A stretch of 64,000 bases of DNA from Elusimicrobiota bacterium (GTDB taxonomy: Bacteria; Elusimicrobiota; Elusimicrobia; F11). Positions 10,160 to 20,900 of this stretch are shown piece after piece (the first letter of the stretch is position 1; each line of letters starts with the position of its first letter). The stretch covers positions 143,598-207,597 of the forward strand of contig JBGAON010000005.1 of assembly GCA_044221725.1 (NCBI GenBank). The letters run 5' to 3'. The translations under genes and the position numbers were made by a program. Below the pieces are notes generated by a model. It made no database searches. It had not been told where the DNA came from and saw only the letters and a list, made by a program, of their open reading frames with translations.

Positions 10160-13100
10160 GTGAAAAAATCCCTCGTAAGGAGCGTTGCGGCGGCTCTATC
10201 GGTTGTTTATTTTGCAACGAACATTGCGTGGGCACACCAATCAGCCGTTGTCGAATTGGATTTCCGGTCTCACGCGACAATTTGGGCGGACCGCAAACCA
10301 ACAGAGCCGTACCCAAAGACTCCGCCAACAAAGCTCGCCGCCCTGCCTGCCAACATCAATGCGCAACTGCCCTCGATCAATCGCCAATTCTCTGCGATCA
10401 AAGAAAACGCCGCTTCGATTTCTTCCCGCATAAGTAATTCGCTTTCGGAGAAGAACGCGCAAATGCTGGCGCCGCTTTTTCGCACGCTGCCGCAAACCGC
10501 GGGCACAATTCGAAAAATTGAAGTACCGCGCGCGGAGCCGCGCGGAGTCGTCGTGCACATTCAGGATGTCCACCGAAATTTTGAAGCGCAAACGAATATC
10601 GGGAACGCCGTCGAGCAGCTGACCCGTGCGAATCTCGTTCAAGCGGTGGCGCTCGAAGGCGCGTTCGGTCCGATTGATTTGTCGTGGTACAACAATTATC
10701 CGTTTCAGGATTCGGTGAAAACCGTTGCCGACTACTTATTAAAGGAACACCGAATTTCTGGACCCATCCGTGCGGGTATGACCGCGGCGAAGAACCAGGA
10801 ACTAGGAACATCGTACATCGGTATTGACGATCCCACTCATTACGCCGCCAATGTCCGGGCCGTGCGCGCCGCAAAGACAGCCGAGACGAACATCAAAGAG
10901 GATCTCGAAAAACAAAATCGCGAGCTCGCCGCTGCGAAACTGAAATATTTCAGCGCTGCGCTAAGAGATTTCGATCGTCACGTGGAGGCTTATCGCCGCG
11001 GAAATGTTTCGTGGGGCGATCACGTGGAATATCTTTCCGACAAATCCGTAACGCGGGTTTCTCCACGCATCGACGCATTCCTTGTTGCATTAACGATGGA
11101 GAAAGAACTGAATGTTGCGGCGATCGAATCGGAGCGTGCGCGACTGCTTGAAAAGCTGGCGGGCAAGCTATCGAAGGGCGAAACGAACGAGTTGCTAGCG
11201 ATGAGCGCGGCTTTCCGTGATGGGCGCCTTAATCACGCTGACTTCTATTCGTTTTTGAAAAGATTCTGCCAACAGAAGTCCATCGACCTAGCGAGCTACC
11301 GTTCATTCGACGGGTATGTTCGTTACGTGTTGCTTTGCGAGCGTTTGGATGTGGAAGCAATTCTCGAAGAAGTGGCGACGCTCGAAAAAACAACCTATTC
11401 ATCGCTCGCACGAACAGAAAAAGAAAAGGAATTGGTGCAAACGGCGCGCGGGCTGTATTTGGCGGGGAAATTAACGGATTTTGCGCTGACGAAGGAAGAG
11501 TGGACGGAATATAGGAGTGAATTTATAACATGGGGAGGGAAAAGGCCCTTTGAAGAATTTTATAAGCAGGCCGAGCTTCGAGACTCGGCAATGGCCAATA
11601 ATCTCATCCACGTACTACGTAGCCGGTACAAAGTACCACGTACGTCTCTCAGCATCCTTGTCACCGGCGGCTTCCACTCGACCGGTATCGACCGCCAACT
11701 TGTGGACGCGGGATACACCGTCGTAACCTACATTCCGAAAATTTCGAAAGTCGACGACGTCGCGGGCTCTTCCTACCTCAGCGTGTTCACGCAGGAAAAA
11801 ACGCCGCTCGACCAACTGTTCGCGGGCGAGAAACTTTTCTTGGCCGAGAAGCCGGTTGCCTCTGCCGCAATGATGTCGTCGAGCGTGCACATGGTAAATC
11901 AAATTAATCATCGCGGCGCAGAATCTCCAGCACCATTGGATGTTCCAGCAAAAGACGTTGCCGAGACCAAGGTGAACGGTGACGAAGCGCAAATGCCGAT
12001 GAAGGGTGGTATTTTGAAAATTCGGGCGAGATCTGGTGGCTTGCTTGATATTCGATTCAACCCGTCATTGCTTCAGCGAATTGCGGGTGTAATCGCGGTG
12101 GGCGCCCTCATGTTGTTTGCTGGCGTTTTGCCCGCGCAAGATTTTGCGCAAGGTTCCCAGGGAGCGCCGGCGGCCACGGCGCAAGATGCGAATGCTGTCT
12201 CGCTTGCGTTGAAAATTACGGGCGTGTTCTTCGGCTTGTTTGCGGTGCTCCAAACCGTGATCACTGTTCAGCGCACATTCGAATGGAACCTTCGCGATTG
12301 GAAGCGCGGACAGGTGAGGCCAAGAGAGATGCTTTCCATGGCAGGCTCGTGGCTGTTCGTTGACATTTCTTTGCCCGCGATGTTCGGCACGGCGTGGATG
12401 ATTTTGCATCTTGGATACAACTTCGCGATTTCAAACATTGGGATGCGGGCGCTCCTTTTTGGAGCTGAGAAAGAATATTTCACTTTTATGGCGATGACAC
12501 TTTTCCTTGCGATCGTTCTTTTTCTGCTACGCGATCCCCGGTTGTATTCTGTCCGGCAGGAACGCGAAGGCGTGACGTCCGGGCCGGAGGGAAATAACGA
12601 CAGAGCGCATTTGCGCTATTTGGTCCCCTGGCTTTTTGCACCGATCATCGCCGGCGCGATGCCGAGCGCGATGTTGGCCCAGTCGGGCGCGCCGCCGGTG
12701 GAAAATTCGAATCGCGGTTTTTATCAAGCCGCCGCCAAGAATGCTGCGGTGGAAATTGCGCCGGAAGCTGACGCTGCTCAGCCGAAATGGAAGGAATTAA
12801 TGAACTTCGGTTTCCAATTCACGGCGACCGGTGACATTCGCGGCGGCTGGGGCAAAACCGATTTTGATTGGAACCGCACGAAAACCGAGCAGGCGAAATT
12901 GGTGGAGATGTTTAAAGGCAACGTGTACACGACGTTCGTGAATGATTTCGACCAAAAATTGAAAGACCGTGAGCTCACGGCCAAATTTCTCAAGAACCCG
13001 ACATGGCGCAAGAAAAAGATTGATGAGATGGTCGAGCTCGCAAAAGGCAGTCTCGGCGTCGGAATTGATTTTGAAAACATGTCGCGCAACAGCACGGCTG

Positions 13101-16100
13101 ATTTCAAGTTGTTCATTGAAGAGCTCGCCAAAGAACTCCACGCGAAAAATTCAAAGCTTTGTGTGATTGTCGAGCCCAAGACCGATACAAACGTCGGTGA
13201 TCGCGGACGCGCGATTGACTGGGCGCATCTCGCAAAACACGCCGACGAAGTTCAGGTGATGGCCTATTGGTACGGGCAAGGCCCCACCCGGCCCGACCAG
13301 ATTGCGCCGCTCAGTTGGATCAAGCAAATGGTCGCGCTCGCGGAAAAACAGGGACTCAAGGGAAAATTCACCGTCGCGCTCACCACATTCGGTTACGACT
13401 GGGCTTTGGATGGGTCCGGCCGGCAGGCGCTCAGCAAAACCGCGTTCTCGGAAATCGAAGCGCAGAAAGCGAATTGGAAGCGCTACGCGGACGGCGGCTC
13501 GATTTACTACGAATACACAGCGAACGACGGCAAGCAACACCGAGTTGTCACGGAAGATCTCGTCAGCATCCAACAAAAATACGAAGAGTTGAAAAAATTA
13601 CAGATCCCCGTCGTGTTGTGGGCGTTTGGTTTTGGTGACCCGGAAATTTTTAAGTGGGGTGAAAAAGCAGGTCTGTCCGTTTATCTTCCCTACTTTAGCG
13701 AGCCGGTCAAAGAGCTTTTGCGCAAACCGCAAACGCCGAAGACCGATAAGGTTGACCTGCAATTCCGCGGAAGCCCGTTTTTCCTCTTGGCATTGATCGG
13801 CCTGTTCATCGGTGCGCCGTTGTCGTTCGCGAATTCCAGTTCGGTCTCCAATTCCGCGAACGCCGGGACTCCGTCGGTTCCGGTTTTTGCTCAAGCTGGT
13901 TTGCTTAAAGAATATTGGTTCCTTCCTGTGATTGTTGGAATCGTAACTGCCGCGGTCATCTTTTTTATTTTGCGGAGCCGGTGGCCTAGCAATCCGCCGG
14001 CGACGGTTATGGAAGCGCCGACGCCGAATTACGCGTCGGACGAAGAACTTAAATCTTTCGTCGAGCGAAATCTTGCCCGATCGTATCTTGACGTGCCACG
14101 GATTTTGGTGGATGCACGACAAATAGTCGCCCCGCCTTCTGTTCAGGATCTGGTTGGTCGTCTTATTGCCGTGTGTGCTGATTTTGTTGCGACGGAACAG
14201 CGCATCGAAGACGCCGACGAAGCCGGATCAAAAATAACTGCTGTACTGAAAGCCATTCAATCCCGAGTGAAATTGAAAGTTGAAGCTCGTTACATCTCCC
14301 AACAAACGGCCGACGATTTTTGGATTACAGATGAGCAGCTTTTATCGAGAACCGCAGAATTCTTGGATTGGATGAATGATGGCCTTGCCGGCGAACGCAA
14401 AAAGCCGGCCACGATGATTCCCGAGCCAGATTTGGTATTGCCCACCGGCAATGAAGTGGGAACATCCTTCGTCGTAAGCATCGGCGGAACGAATGGTTTC
14501 TTGCAGGAAGTAACGCTGTTGGGCCACGGCGAATTTGAGAACAAAGGCAAAACGCGCGTCGATATTTTGCGCTACAAACAGGATATTTCGGGCATTTTCG
14601 ACGAATACGCCCAGGCGATTGCCGCGCGCATGGGAAACCAAAAAAAAGAGCAACGTTCGGTTGGTGTTGTTTGGGCGCATCCGGTTGAAAAGATCCGCGG
14701 GAAGGTGATCGCGCGCGGCTTGTCAAAAGGCTGGCTCGATCCGCAGAAGAAAGTTGTGGACCAGGATATTCAGCAATTGTTCAACGATGCGCTTCGACGT
14801 GCCGGTCTTGCGAACGTAACGGTCAGTATTGTCGTGAACGATACCTTTAATCCGCTGGCGGCACTGTCGTACATTCTTATTGGCAAACGCAAAAAGACCA
14901 AAGCGGCGCTTGCCGGTGCGATTTTGGGCACCGGTTCGAACGAAGCTTTCTTCGTGCCGGGATTTGGTTGGATAAACGGCGAGACCGGCGCCGATGATAT
15001 GACCAACCGCGATGGTTACGAACTATTTTCTACGCTCGAAGACAAAATTGTCGCTGCCGAAGATCCCGTCAATGAACACCGCTTTGAAAAACGTGTCGCT
15101 GGTAATTATCTCGCGAAGCTGTTTGTGCTGCGTCTCAAAGCAATCCGAAACGGAACAGGCATGTTTCGCTGGCTCGACGAAATTCCCCAATTTCGCGACG
15201 AAACATTGGACAGTTCGTTCCTGTCGTTTGTTGCGGACAAAAATATTCGGGACCTGATTTCCATTGAGCGAAAAATTCGGGAAATGTATTGGCGATCGCG
15301 CAAACATTCCCGTTTTGTTGCCAAGTTGTTGTCCCACACGGAAAAAACTTCTTTCGCGAGCGATCACGAATTGTTTGTGATGTACGAAGCCGTAAAAGCG
15401 ATTGCCGAACGATCCGCACGGCTTTTGGCCACGCATTACGCGGGTATCGCGCTGCGAAACGATCCGGAAATTAAGGAGCCGCAATGGTTCGCCGTTGAAG
15501 GCAGCGTGTTCAACAAATACCCGGGCTACAAAGCCATGGTGATGAATGCGATTGTGAAAATTGTCGGAGTGGAAAAAGCCGCCCGCATCGAATTGATCGG
15601 AGCCGAGGAAATTGCCCAAAATCTCGAAGGCGTGGGCGCTGCCATTCTCGCGATCACGGCGTACAACAAGCAGCGTGTTGCGCCACACGACGCGGTAAGA
15701 GTTTTTGAAGAGCTTCGCGCCGCGTCCGGCGGACGGCGGGTCACGGTTGTCGGAGCCAATGATTTTGCGGTGCAACATGAGGCTATTGGAAATCTGTTTA
15801 ACGTCGCGGGGCCCACGGAAATCGCTGTATTAACGGGAGGCAACTGGGCCCAAACCGGCGCGCGTGTCGAAGCGGCACCGCATACGAAAGCCATTGGAGT
15901 ATCGTCCGAAGATTTTCTGCAGTTGCTAAACATTTTCGCGGAAGCGTTCTCCAATTTGAATGGCGTGAACCAGCACATTGTTCAAGAATTCCGAGAGGCG
16001 GCGCAGCGATCGGGCGTGCTCGTGCCGAGAGAATTCTTGACTGGCCTTCACGTTACACCCGACGCGATTTACAACTCGCATCCGGCGGTCGGTGCACTGA

Positions 16101-17749
16101 ACGAGGCGCTCCAGCATCTTGCTTTACCGGCGGAGCACCCCATTCACTCTTTCGGGCCGAAAGATACGCACGTGTACTATCTGGACTTGGTTGTGCGGGA
16201 TCGTGAAGGAACTGTGCGCGTGGTACCCACCCATCGAAGCGCACCCATTATCGCGAGCGACGTCGAAATTCTCGGTATGGGACCTCGAACCATGGAAGTG
16301 TGGGCCAATATCATCGCGGAATCCGGTGGCATTATTCAGCTGGGCGCCGCACCGCACGTCGATCTGCCGACAGGCCAACATTACAGGGCGGCGGGGGTCA
16401 AAGCGCGCATGCACGATCTCGCCTCGCAAGGCCTCGTCGTTGAAGAATTCTTAGATGGAGTGACGCGCTACACATTGAAACTGCCGACAAACGCGGTCGA
16501 CTTGCGTGCGGACTCTGTTTCGACGAATTCTGGGGGCGCTGCGTCAGCGGCGGGCTATCACGGGCTTATCGTGTTTTTTACGCCGAGTCGAAAAGTTTTG
16601 ATCGCTTCCGTGCTTTTGTTGGTAACAGAAATTGGCGGACTTTTGTGGGGAAATTCCCATTCGTTGTTGCTTGGGGCCACCATCGCTGCCGCGGCTCCGT
16701 TTCATGTCGTTTTTGCGGAGCAAGGCAAAGATCCGTGGCTCGCGCGCGCCAATCAAAATGACCAGATGCTCGGTCATGTGTTGACTTGGGGGCTTTATCC
16801 GCTCGCGTTTCTTGCGATGCGCGGCTTATCGGCGATGATGTTGCCGTTGCCAGCGGTCGCTTATGTTCCTCTGGCCGCTGCGGTCGCCTATCATTTGCAA
16901 AAAGATTTTCGCTATTTCCGCCAAACGTTGAACCGCATTCGTGCTGCTGAAAAAATTGCGGCCGTGAATCACGCAATCGAAAGTTCCCCAGCGGATTCCA
17001 ACGGGAATGCGAGCGTGCAACACGTGCTCGCGAATCTTCGAGCGCGGGATCGCAAAGATGGCGGTCTCTCCAAAAATATTTCGGAACTCACGCCACATTT
17101 AACGAACAAAATTTGCACGTCACCGCTGTTGAGATGGTCGCGGATCGTCATGTTAAGCGCTGCAATGTTGGGGACGAACGGAATAAGCCAAGCGAACACC
17201 GCCAACGTGAAGCTCGACCGCGGGAGCAACATCGTCACGGTTGTGGTTATGGACGCGAGCGATGTCGAAGACAAAAAGGGAAGCCTGTTGCACGACACGC
17301 TGCGCAATATCGAAAAGCAGATTCGAGAGGGGAAGCTTGGCGCGACGGTCACCGTGGCCATCCCGGAATCGATGGTGGAAGACGCTTCCGCTCTCAGGGA
17401 AAGTGCCAAGCGATTGGCGCTTGATTTTGACGTTCCGGTCGTCGTGACGATTGACCGCGCGATAATCGGTCGAGGATTTGATCAACCGAACCGTTTCACG
17501 TTGAACCAACACTACGATGACGCTACGAGAGAAGTTGATAATCACGGTTCGCACAAGGCCGCGGAAAAAATTCGTTTCTACCAAAACAAAAATTTTGCGG
17601 GCGTGAACGTGAAAGTGGTGGCTTCGAAAGCGACGCCGTACACGGCGAATGGCGCGCTGACCCAAATTGCGCAGATGACAATTGCTGGCGTGACGATTTC
17701 TATCAGCGAAGCAATCAAGCTCGCCGAACTCGCCTACAAGATGGCGTAA
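10160..17749 (+). CDS. Giant protein 1 (2529 aa): signal peptide, conserved N-terminal domain, TM segments, GH18-like domain, hexokinase-like domain, TM module, C-terminal domain
   Basis: N-domain QDVH..EAQ, ALEG, GIDD, LTKEEW, GGFHS, YLSVFTQEKTPL (~10547-11841); GH18 GIDFE, DEVQVMAY, FGYDW, LWAFG (~12808-13641); hexokinase LPTGNE, IGGTN, VVNDT, ILGTGSN, FEKRVAGNYL, EGSVF (~14420-15650). Confidence 0.85.
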   Translation: MKKSLVRSVAAALSVVYFATNIAWAHQSAVVELDFRSHATIWADRKPTEPYPKTPPTKLAALPANINAQLPSINRQFSAIKENAASISSRISNSLSEKNAQMLAPLFRTLPQTAGTIRKIEVPRAEPRGVVVHIQDVHRNFEAQTNIGNAVEQLTRANLVQAVALEGAFGPIDLSWYNNYPFQDSVKTVADYLLKEHRISGPIRAGMTAAKNQELGTSYIGIDDPTHYAANVRAVRAAKTAETNIKEDLEKQNRELAAAKLKYFSAALRDFDRHVEAYRRGNVSWGDHVEYLSDKSVTRVSPRIDAFLVALTMEKELNVAAIESERARLLEKLAGKLSKGETNELLAMSAAFRDGRLNHADFYSFLKRFCQQKSIDLASYRSFDGYVRYVLLCERLDVEAILEEVATLEKTTYSSLARTEKEKELVQTARGLYLAGKLTDFALTKEEWTEYRSEFITWGGKRPFEEFYKQAELRDSAMANNLIHVLRSRYKVPRTSLSILVTGGFHSTGIDRQLVDAGYTVVTYIPKISKVDDVAGSSYLSVFTQEKTPLDQLFAGEKLFLAEKPVASAAMMSSSVHMVNQINHRGAESPAPLDVPAKDVAETKVNGDEAQMPMKGGILKIRARSGGLLDIRFNPSLLQRIAGVIAVGALMLFAGVLPAQDFAQGSQGAPAATAQDANAVSLALKITGVFFGLFAVLQTVITVQRTFEWNLRDWKRGQVRPREMLSMAGSWLFVDISLPAMFGTAWMILHLGYNFAISNIGMRALLFGAEKEYFTFMAMTLFLAIVLFLLRDPRLYSVRQEREGVTSGPEGNNDRAHLRYLVPWLFAPIIAGAMPSAMLAQSGAPPVENSNRGFYQAAAKNAAVEIAPEADAAQPKWKELMNFGFQFTATGDIRGGWGKTDFDWNRTKTEQAKLVEMFKGNVYTTFVNDFDQKLKDRELTAKFLKNPTWRKKKIDEMVELAKGSLGVGIDFENMSRNSTADFKLFIEELAKELHAKNSKLCVIVEPKTDTNVGDRGRAIDWAHLAKHADEVQVMAYWYGQGPTRPDQIAPLSWIKQMVALAEKQGLKGKFTVALTTFGYDWALDGSGRQALSKTAFSEIEAQKANWKRYADGGSIYYEYTANDGKQHRVVTEDLVSIQQKYEELKKLQIPVVLWAFGFGDPEIFKWGEKAGLSVYLPYFSEPVKELLRKPQTPKTDKVDLQFRGSPFFLLALIGLFIGAPLSFANSSSVSNSANAGTPSVPVFAQAGLLKEYWFLPVIVGIVTAAVIFFILRSRWPSNPPATVMEAPTPNYASDEELKSFVERNLARSYLDVPRILVDARQIVAPPSVQDLVGRLIAVCADFVATEQRIEDADEAGSKITAVLKAIQSRVKLKVEARYISQQTADDFWITDEQLLSRTAEFLDWMNDGLAGERKKPATMIPEPDLVLPTGNEVGTSFVVSIGGTNGFLQEVTLLGHGEFENKGKTRVDILRYKQDISGIFDEYAQAIAARMGNQKKEQRSVGVVWAHPVEKIRGKVIARGLSKGWLDPQKKVVDQDIQQLFNDALRRAGLANVTVSIVVNDTFNPLAALSYILIGKRKKTKAALAGAILGTGSNEAFFVPGFGWINGETGADDMTNRDGYELFSTLEDKIVAAEDPVNEHRFEKRVAGNYLAKLFVLRLKAIRNGTGMFRWLDEIPQFRDETLDSSFLSFVADKNIRDLISIERKIREMYWRSRKHSRFVAKLLSHTEKTSFASDHELFVMYEAVKAIAERSARLLATHYAGIALRNDPEIKEPQWFAVEGSVFNKYPGYKAMVMNAIVKIVGVEKAARIELIGAEEIAQNLEGVGAAILAITAYNKQRVAPHDAVRVFEELRAASGGRRVTVVGANDFAVQHEAIGNLFNVAGPTEIAVLTGGNWAQTGARVEAAPHTKAIGVSSEDFLQLLNIFAEAFSNLNGVNQHIVQEFREAAQRSGVLVPREFLTGLHVTPDAIYNSHPAVGALNEALQHLALPAEHPIHSFGPKDTHVYYLDLVVRDREGTVRVVPTHRSAPIIASDVEILGMGPRTMEVWANIIAESGGIIQLGAAPHVDLPTGQHYRAAGVKARMHDLASQGLVVEEFLDGVTRYTLKLPTNAVDLRADSVSTNSGGAASAAGYHGLIVFFTPSRKVLIASVLLLVTEIGGLLWGNSHSLLLGATIAAAAPFHVVFAEQGKDPWLARANQNDQMLGHVLTWGLYPLAFLAMRGLSAMMLPLPAVAYVPLAAAVAYHLQKDFRYFRQTLNRIRAAEKIAAVNHAIESSPADSNGNASVQHVLANLRARDRKDGGLSKNISELTPHLTNKICTSPLLRWSRIVMLSAAMLGTNGISQANTANVKLDRGSNIVTVVVMDASDVEDKKGSLLHDTLRNIEKQIREGKLGATVTVAIPESMVEDASALRESAKRLALDFDVPVVVTIDRAIIGRGFDQPNRFTLNQHYDDATREVDNHGSHKAAEKIRFYQNKNFAGVNVKVVASKATPYTANGALTQIAQMTIAGVTISISEAIKLAELAYKMA

Positions 17750-17827
17750 CACAATCCTAGTCGCTTTTTTCCGTCGATCTTTAAGCAAACACATCTATAA
17801 ATCAGTTCGTTTTTCGACGGAATTCGT

Positions 17828-17880
17828 TTACTGAAAATTTACTACTTCTTAAGGCAAACTTAATCCACTTCCGATAGCCT
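17828..17880 (+). promoter_or_regulatory. Conserved four-repeat operator/promoter, copy 2
   Basis: TTAC-tgaaaat-TTAC-tacttc-TTAA-ggcaaac-TTAA-11nt-TAGCCT; followed by a short leader with GGAGG (17901-17905) before TTG 17910. Confidence 0.8.
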
Positions 17881-17909
17881 GTCTTATAAGAATTCGGGGG
17901 GGAGGCCTT

Positions 17910-20900
17910 TTGATTCAATTCCGACGCGTATCCACGATGATATTTGCGCCAAAAACAATCGCGATTTTGTTGGTTTCGGTTCTCACATACGAAACTGTTG
18001 GTACACCTCTAGCAGAAGCCAGTCAATACAGCTCGCTGTGGTCCGAACGACGCAAAACTTCCTCTGCCACTCAAAACGAAAACGGCCAGAATCTTCTCGC
18101 TTCGCTTCCGTCCCAGTCTCTTCTGAAGCAAATGCCGTCGGTGAAAGCGGCGCTTCCGTCCTCCGTCGTAACAACACCGATCTCGAATGAAGCAAGAAAA
18201 ATTCCGCCGGTGTTGCGCGCGCTCGTGGCGGCTGTTCCCCAGAATCAGGGCATCGTGAGAGAAATTTATGCTCCTCTCTCATCGAGCAACGAACCGATTG
18301 TGTTGGCGCAAGACGTGCACATGAATTCGGAAGCGCAAATGAATTTGGCCGGGGTCATCCAAAATATTGTGCGCGAAAACAAAATTGATGTGATCGGAGT
18401 TGAAGGAGCGTTTGCGCCGTTCGATTTTGCTCTCGCACGCAAAAGCGGTTCAACGGAATCGCGCACACAATTGGCCAAGGCTTTTATGGACAAAAAACTC
18501 ATGGGCGCTGCTTCCTACATTGGTCTCGTGAACGATTCGCTACCGCCCATCGTCGGTGTCGACGATGAGAAACACTACGATGCGAACGTGCTTGCGTATT
18601 TGACGATCCGGCCGATGAAAAAGAAGACGCAGAAAGACCTTCAGAAGCTCAAGCGAAACTTGGATGAACGAAAGGCACAGGAATTCTCGAAAGAAATGCT
18701 CGCGTTCGACGCGTTGCGCAGCGGTTACCACGAAGGAACAATCCCGTTTGGTGTGTATGTAAAAAAGCTTTCGGCGCTCAGCTATCAGCTTGTTGATAGT
18801 TCGTCTTCGCCGGACAGCGGAAAGCGGATCGCTGAAAGCTCTCTCGCCGTTGAGCAGTTCATCGCCGCGTACGAAATGGAAAAGTCACTCGACTTTGCGC
18901 GCGTCGAAGCCGAACGCCGACGCGTGATCGAGAAACTCGCATCGGTGCTCAAAGGCGAGGATGTCACGACGCTCATCAATCACAGCGTTGCGTACAAGAA
19001 CGGACAGATCGGTTTTGGAACTTACTACCGTTTCCTTAAAAATTTGTGCGAAAGCAATGGCGTGCGCCTAAGCGACACGACCGCGTTCGATAACTACGTT
19101 CGTTATGTCTTGCTGTCCGACGGTATCAAAGCGGATCAATTGTTCGCAGAAATCACGAACATAGAAGACCGGGTGACAAAGGCGCTCGCACGCACGCCCG
19201 TCGAAAAGCAGTTGGCTGACGAAGCCGAGCATCTCGCGCTGGCGAACAAGCTCATTGAGTTTGAGTTGACGCCGGAGGAATGGGCCAAGTATTCGTCATC
19301 CGGGCATGATTTTGGCCGGGATCTAGGTGCTCTTGAGGATTTGACCGCTTTTGAAAATTTCTACCGTGAAGCCGATATCCGCAGCCACCGCATGCTCTCG
19401 AATTTGCTGGGACGAAATCGCCAGCGGGCATCGGTTCTGCTCACCGGCGGTTTTCACACCTCGCAAATGACGTCGTTGCTCAAAGAGAAGAAAATACCCT
19501 ACATCGTCGTGTCGCCGAAGCTCACAAAAGTCTCTGAGGACGAATCGGGCAGCGCGTACCTAAGCGAATTCTCACGGGAAAAAACTCCGCTTGAGAAAAT
19601 GTTCAGCGGTTCAAAACTTTTTGTTCTGCCAAAAACACAAATGGCCGGTTCGGCGGGCGGCCTCACAACATTCAAAGCGTTTGTGGTTTTCTTGATCGGT
19701 ATTGCCGGCCTATCCACGGGAAAAACCCGGGCGGATGTGGATTTGACCATCAACAATGTTCCGGTGCACGCGGTGGTTCAGCGCGGCGATATCCGCGGCG
19801 CTGTCGAAACCGTGGAGTTATCAGAGAAGGGTACCCCACAAACCTATTCTCTTTTGTATCCGTCGCTTTCAGCGCGCGGCATGGATTTCTTTTTTAATCG
19901 CGTCGCTTCACCGAAACGGCTCGTCATGGCCTTGGGCGGCATTTTAAGCGCTGTATTGCTGTCGCCCGCTCCGGCTCAAGCGGCTTTGGCCCCAAGGCTC
20001 TATGGCGTGGCCGCCGAAACGTTGTGGGGGGCCGCCGGTGGCGCGTTAATTTTTTCGCTTATCATCGGCAATTTTTTGTGGACCCGTTTCAATACACGGG
20101 AACCAAGAGTGAGCCCGCAACCCGACAATCGTTTTCGTCCAGGCCTCGACCAATTGGAGCAAAAAGAAACCCCGGCGAACCTGAACGTGTGGGTGGATCC
20201 GAATGGTGTTGTGCGCCCCGATGTTTTAACCGGGGGATTTAGCGATCAAGAATCAAAATCCGGTTTGCCGAGCGTGGAAGTTCGATTGGCCGATGGTTTC
20301 CATTTCTCGAACGGGGATCTCGTGCGCGTTTCGCTCAGTGGTCCGGCGGGTTCGCAATCTTCCGGCTGGGTTCCAGCGGCCGATCGCATGGTTTTCCCCT
20401 ACCACGGCGAAACGGGCATGGGGCTGCGCGCCGTGCATGCGGATGGAACAGACGCCGTCGCAACTGCCGTGCCGGGAAGTTTCGCAACGGCAATCCCCGT
20501 CTCGGAAGCGGCGCCTGGCAATCTCGGTTCGTTCGATTTGTTTACGGTGCGCACGCCTCCCGAAGAACCGGTTCAAGACCGAATCAGCGTGAACAACCAA
20601 AGCGTGAACGGTGACCGCGTGCAATTGCAGTATTCGTTACCGTCCGACATGTTGGTTCGGTTCTCGCACGTAAACGCCGGAGCCAACGGCCAAACCGAAC
20701 TTGGGTCGGGAACCGACTTTTTACCGGCGACACAGTTTAAAGACGGATACGCGATTCTCATTGCGAACGGACCGCTGAGAGCCGGGAATTCTGCTGATAT
20801 CGGATTTGCGGCGTATCGGTTGGATGCCTCGGGAAATTACGTCGAAGTGAAATTTCAGCCGGGGGAACCCGATTTGCCAATAACGGCCACGCTGGCGAAC

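Noticed and set aside
17896-17905. G-run GGGGGGGAGG as a phase-variable tract
   Set aside because: Only seven G, outside the coding sequence, and explained as an extended Shine-Dalgarno.
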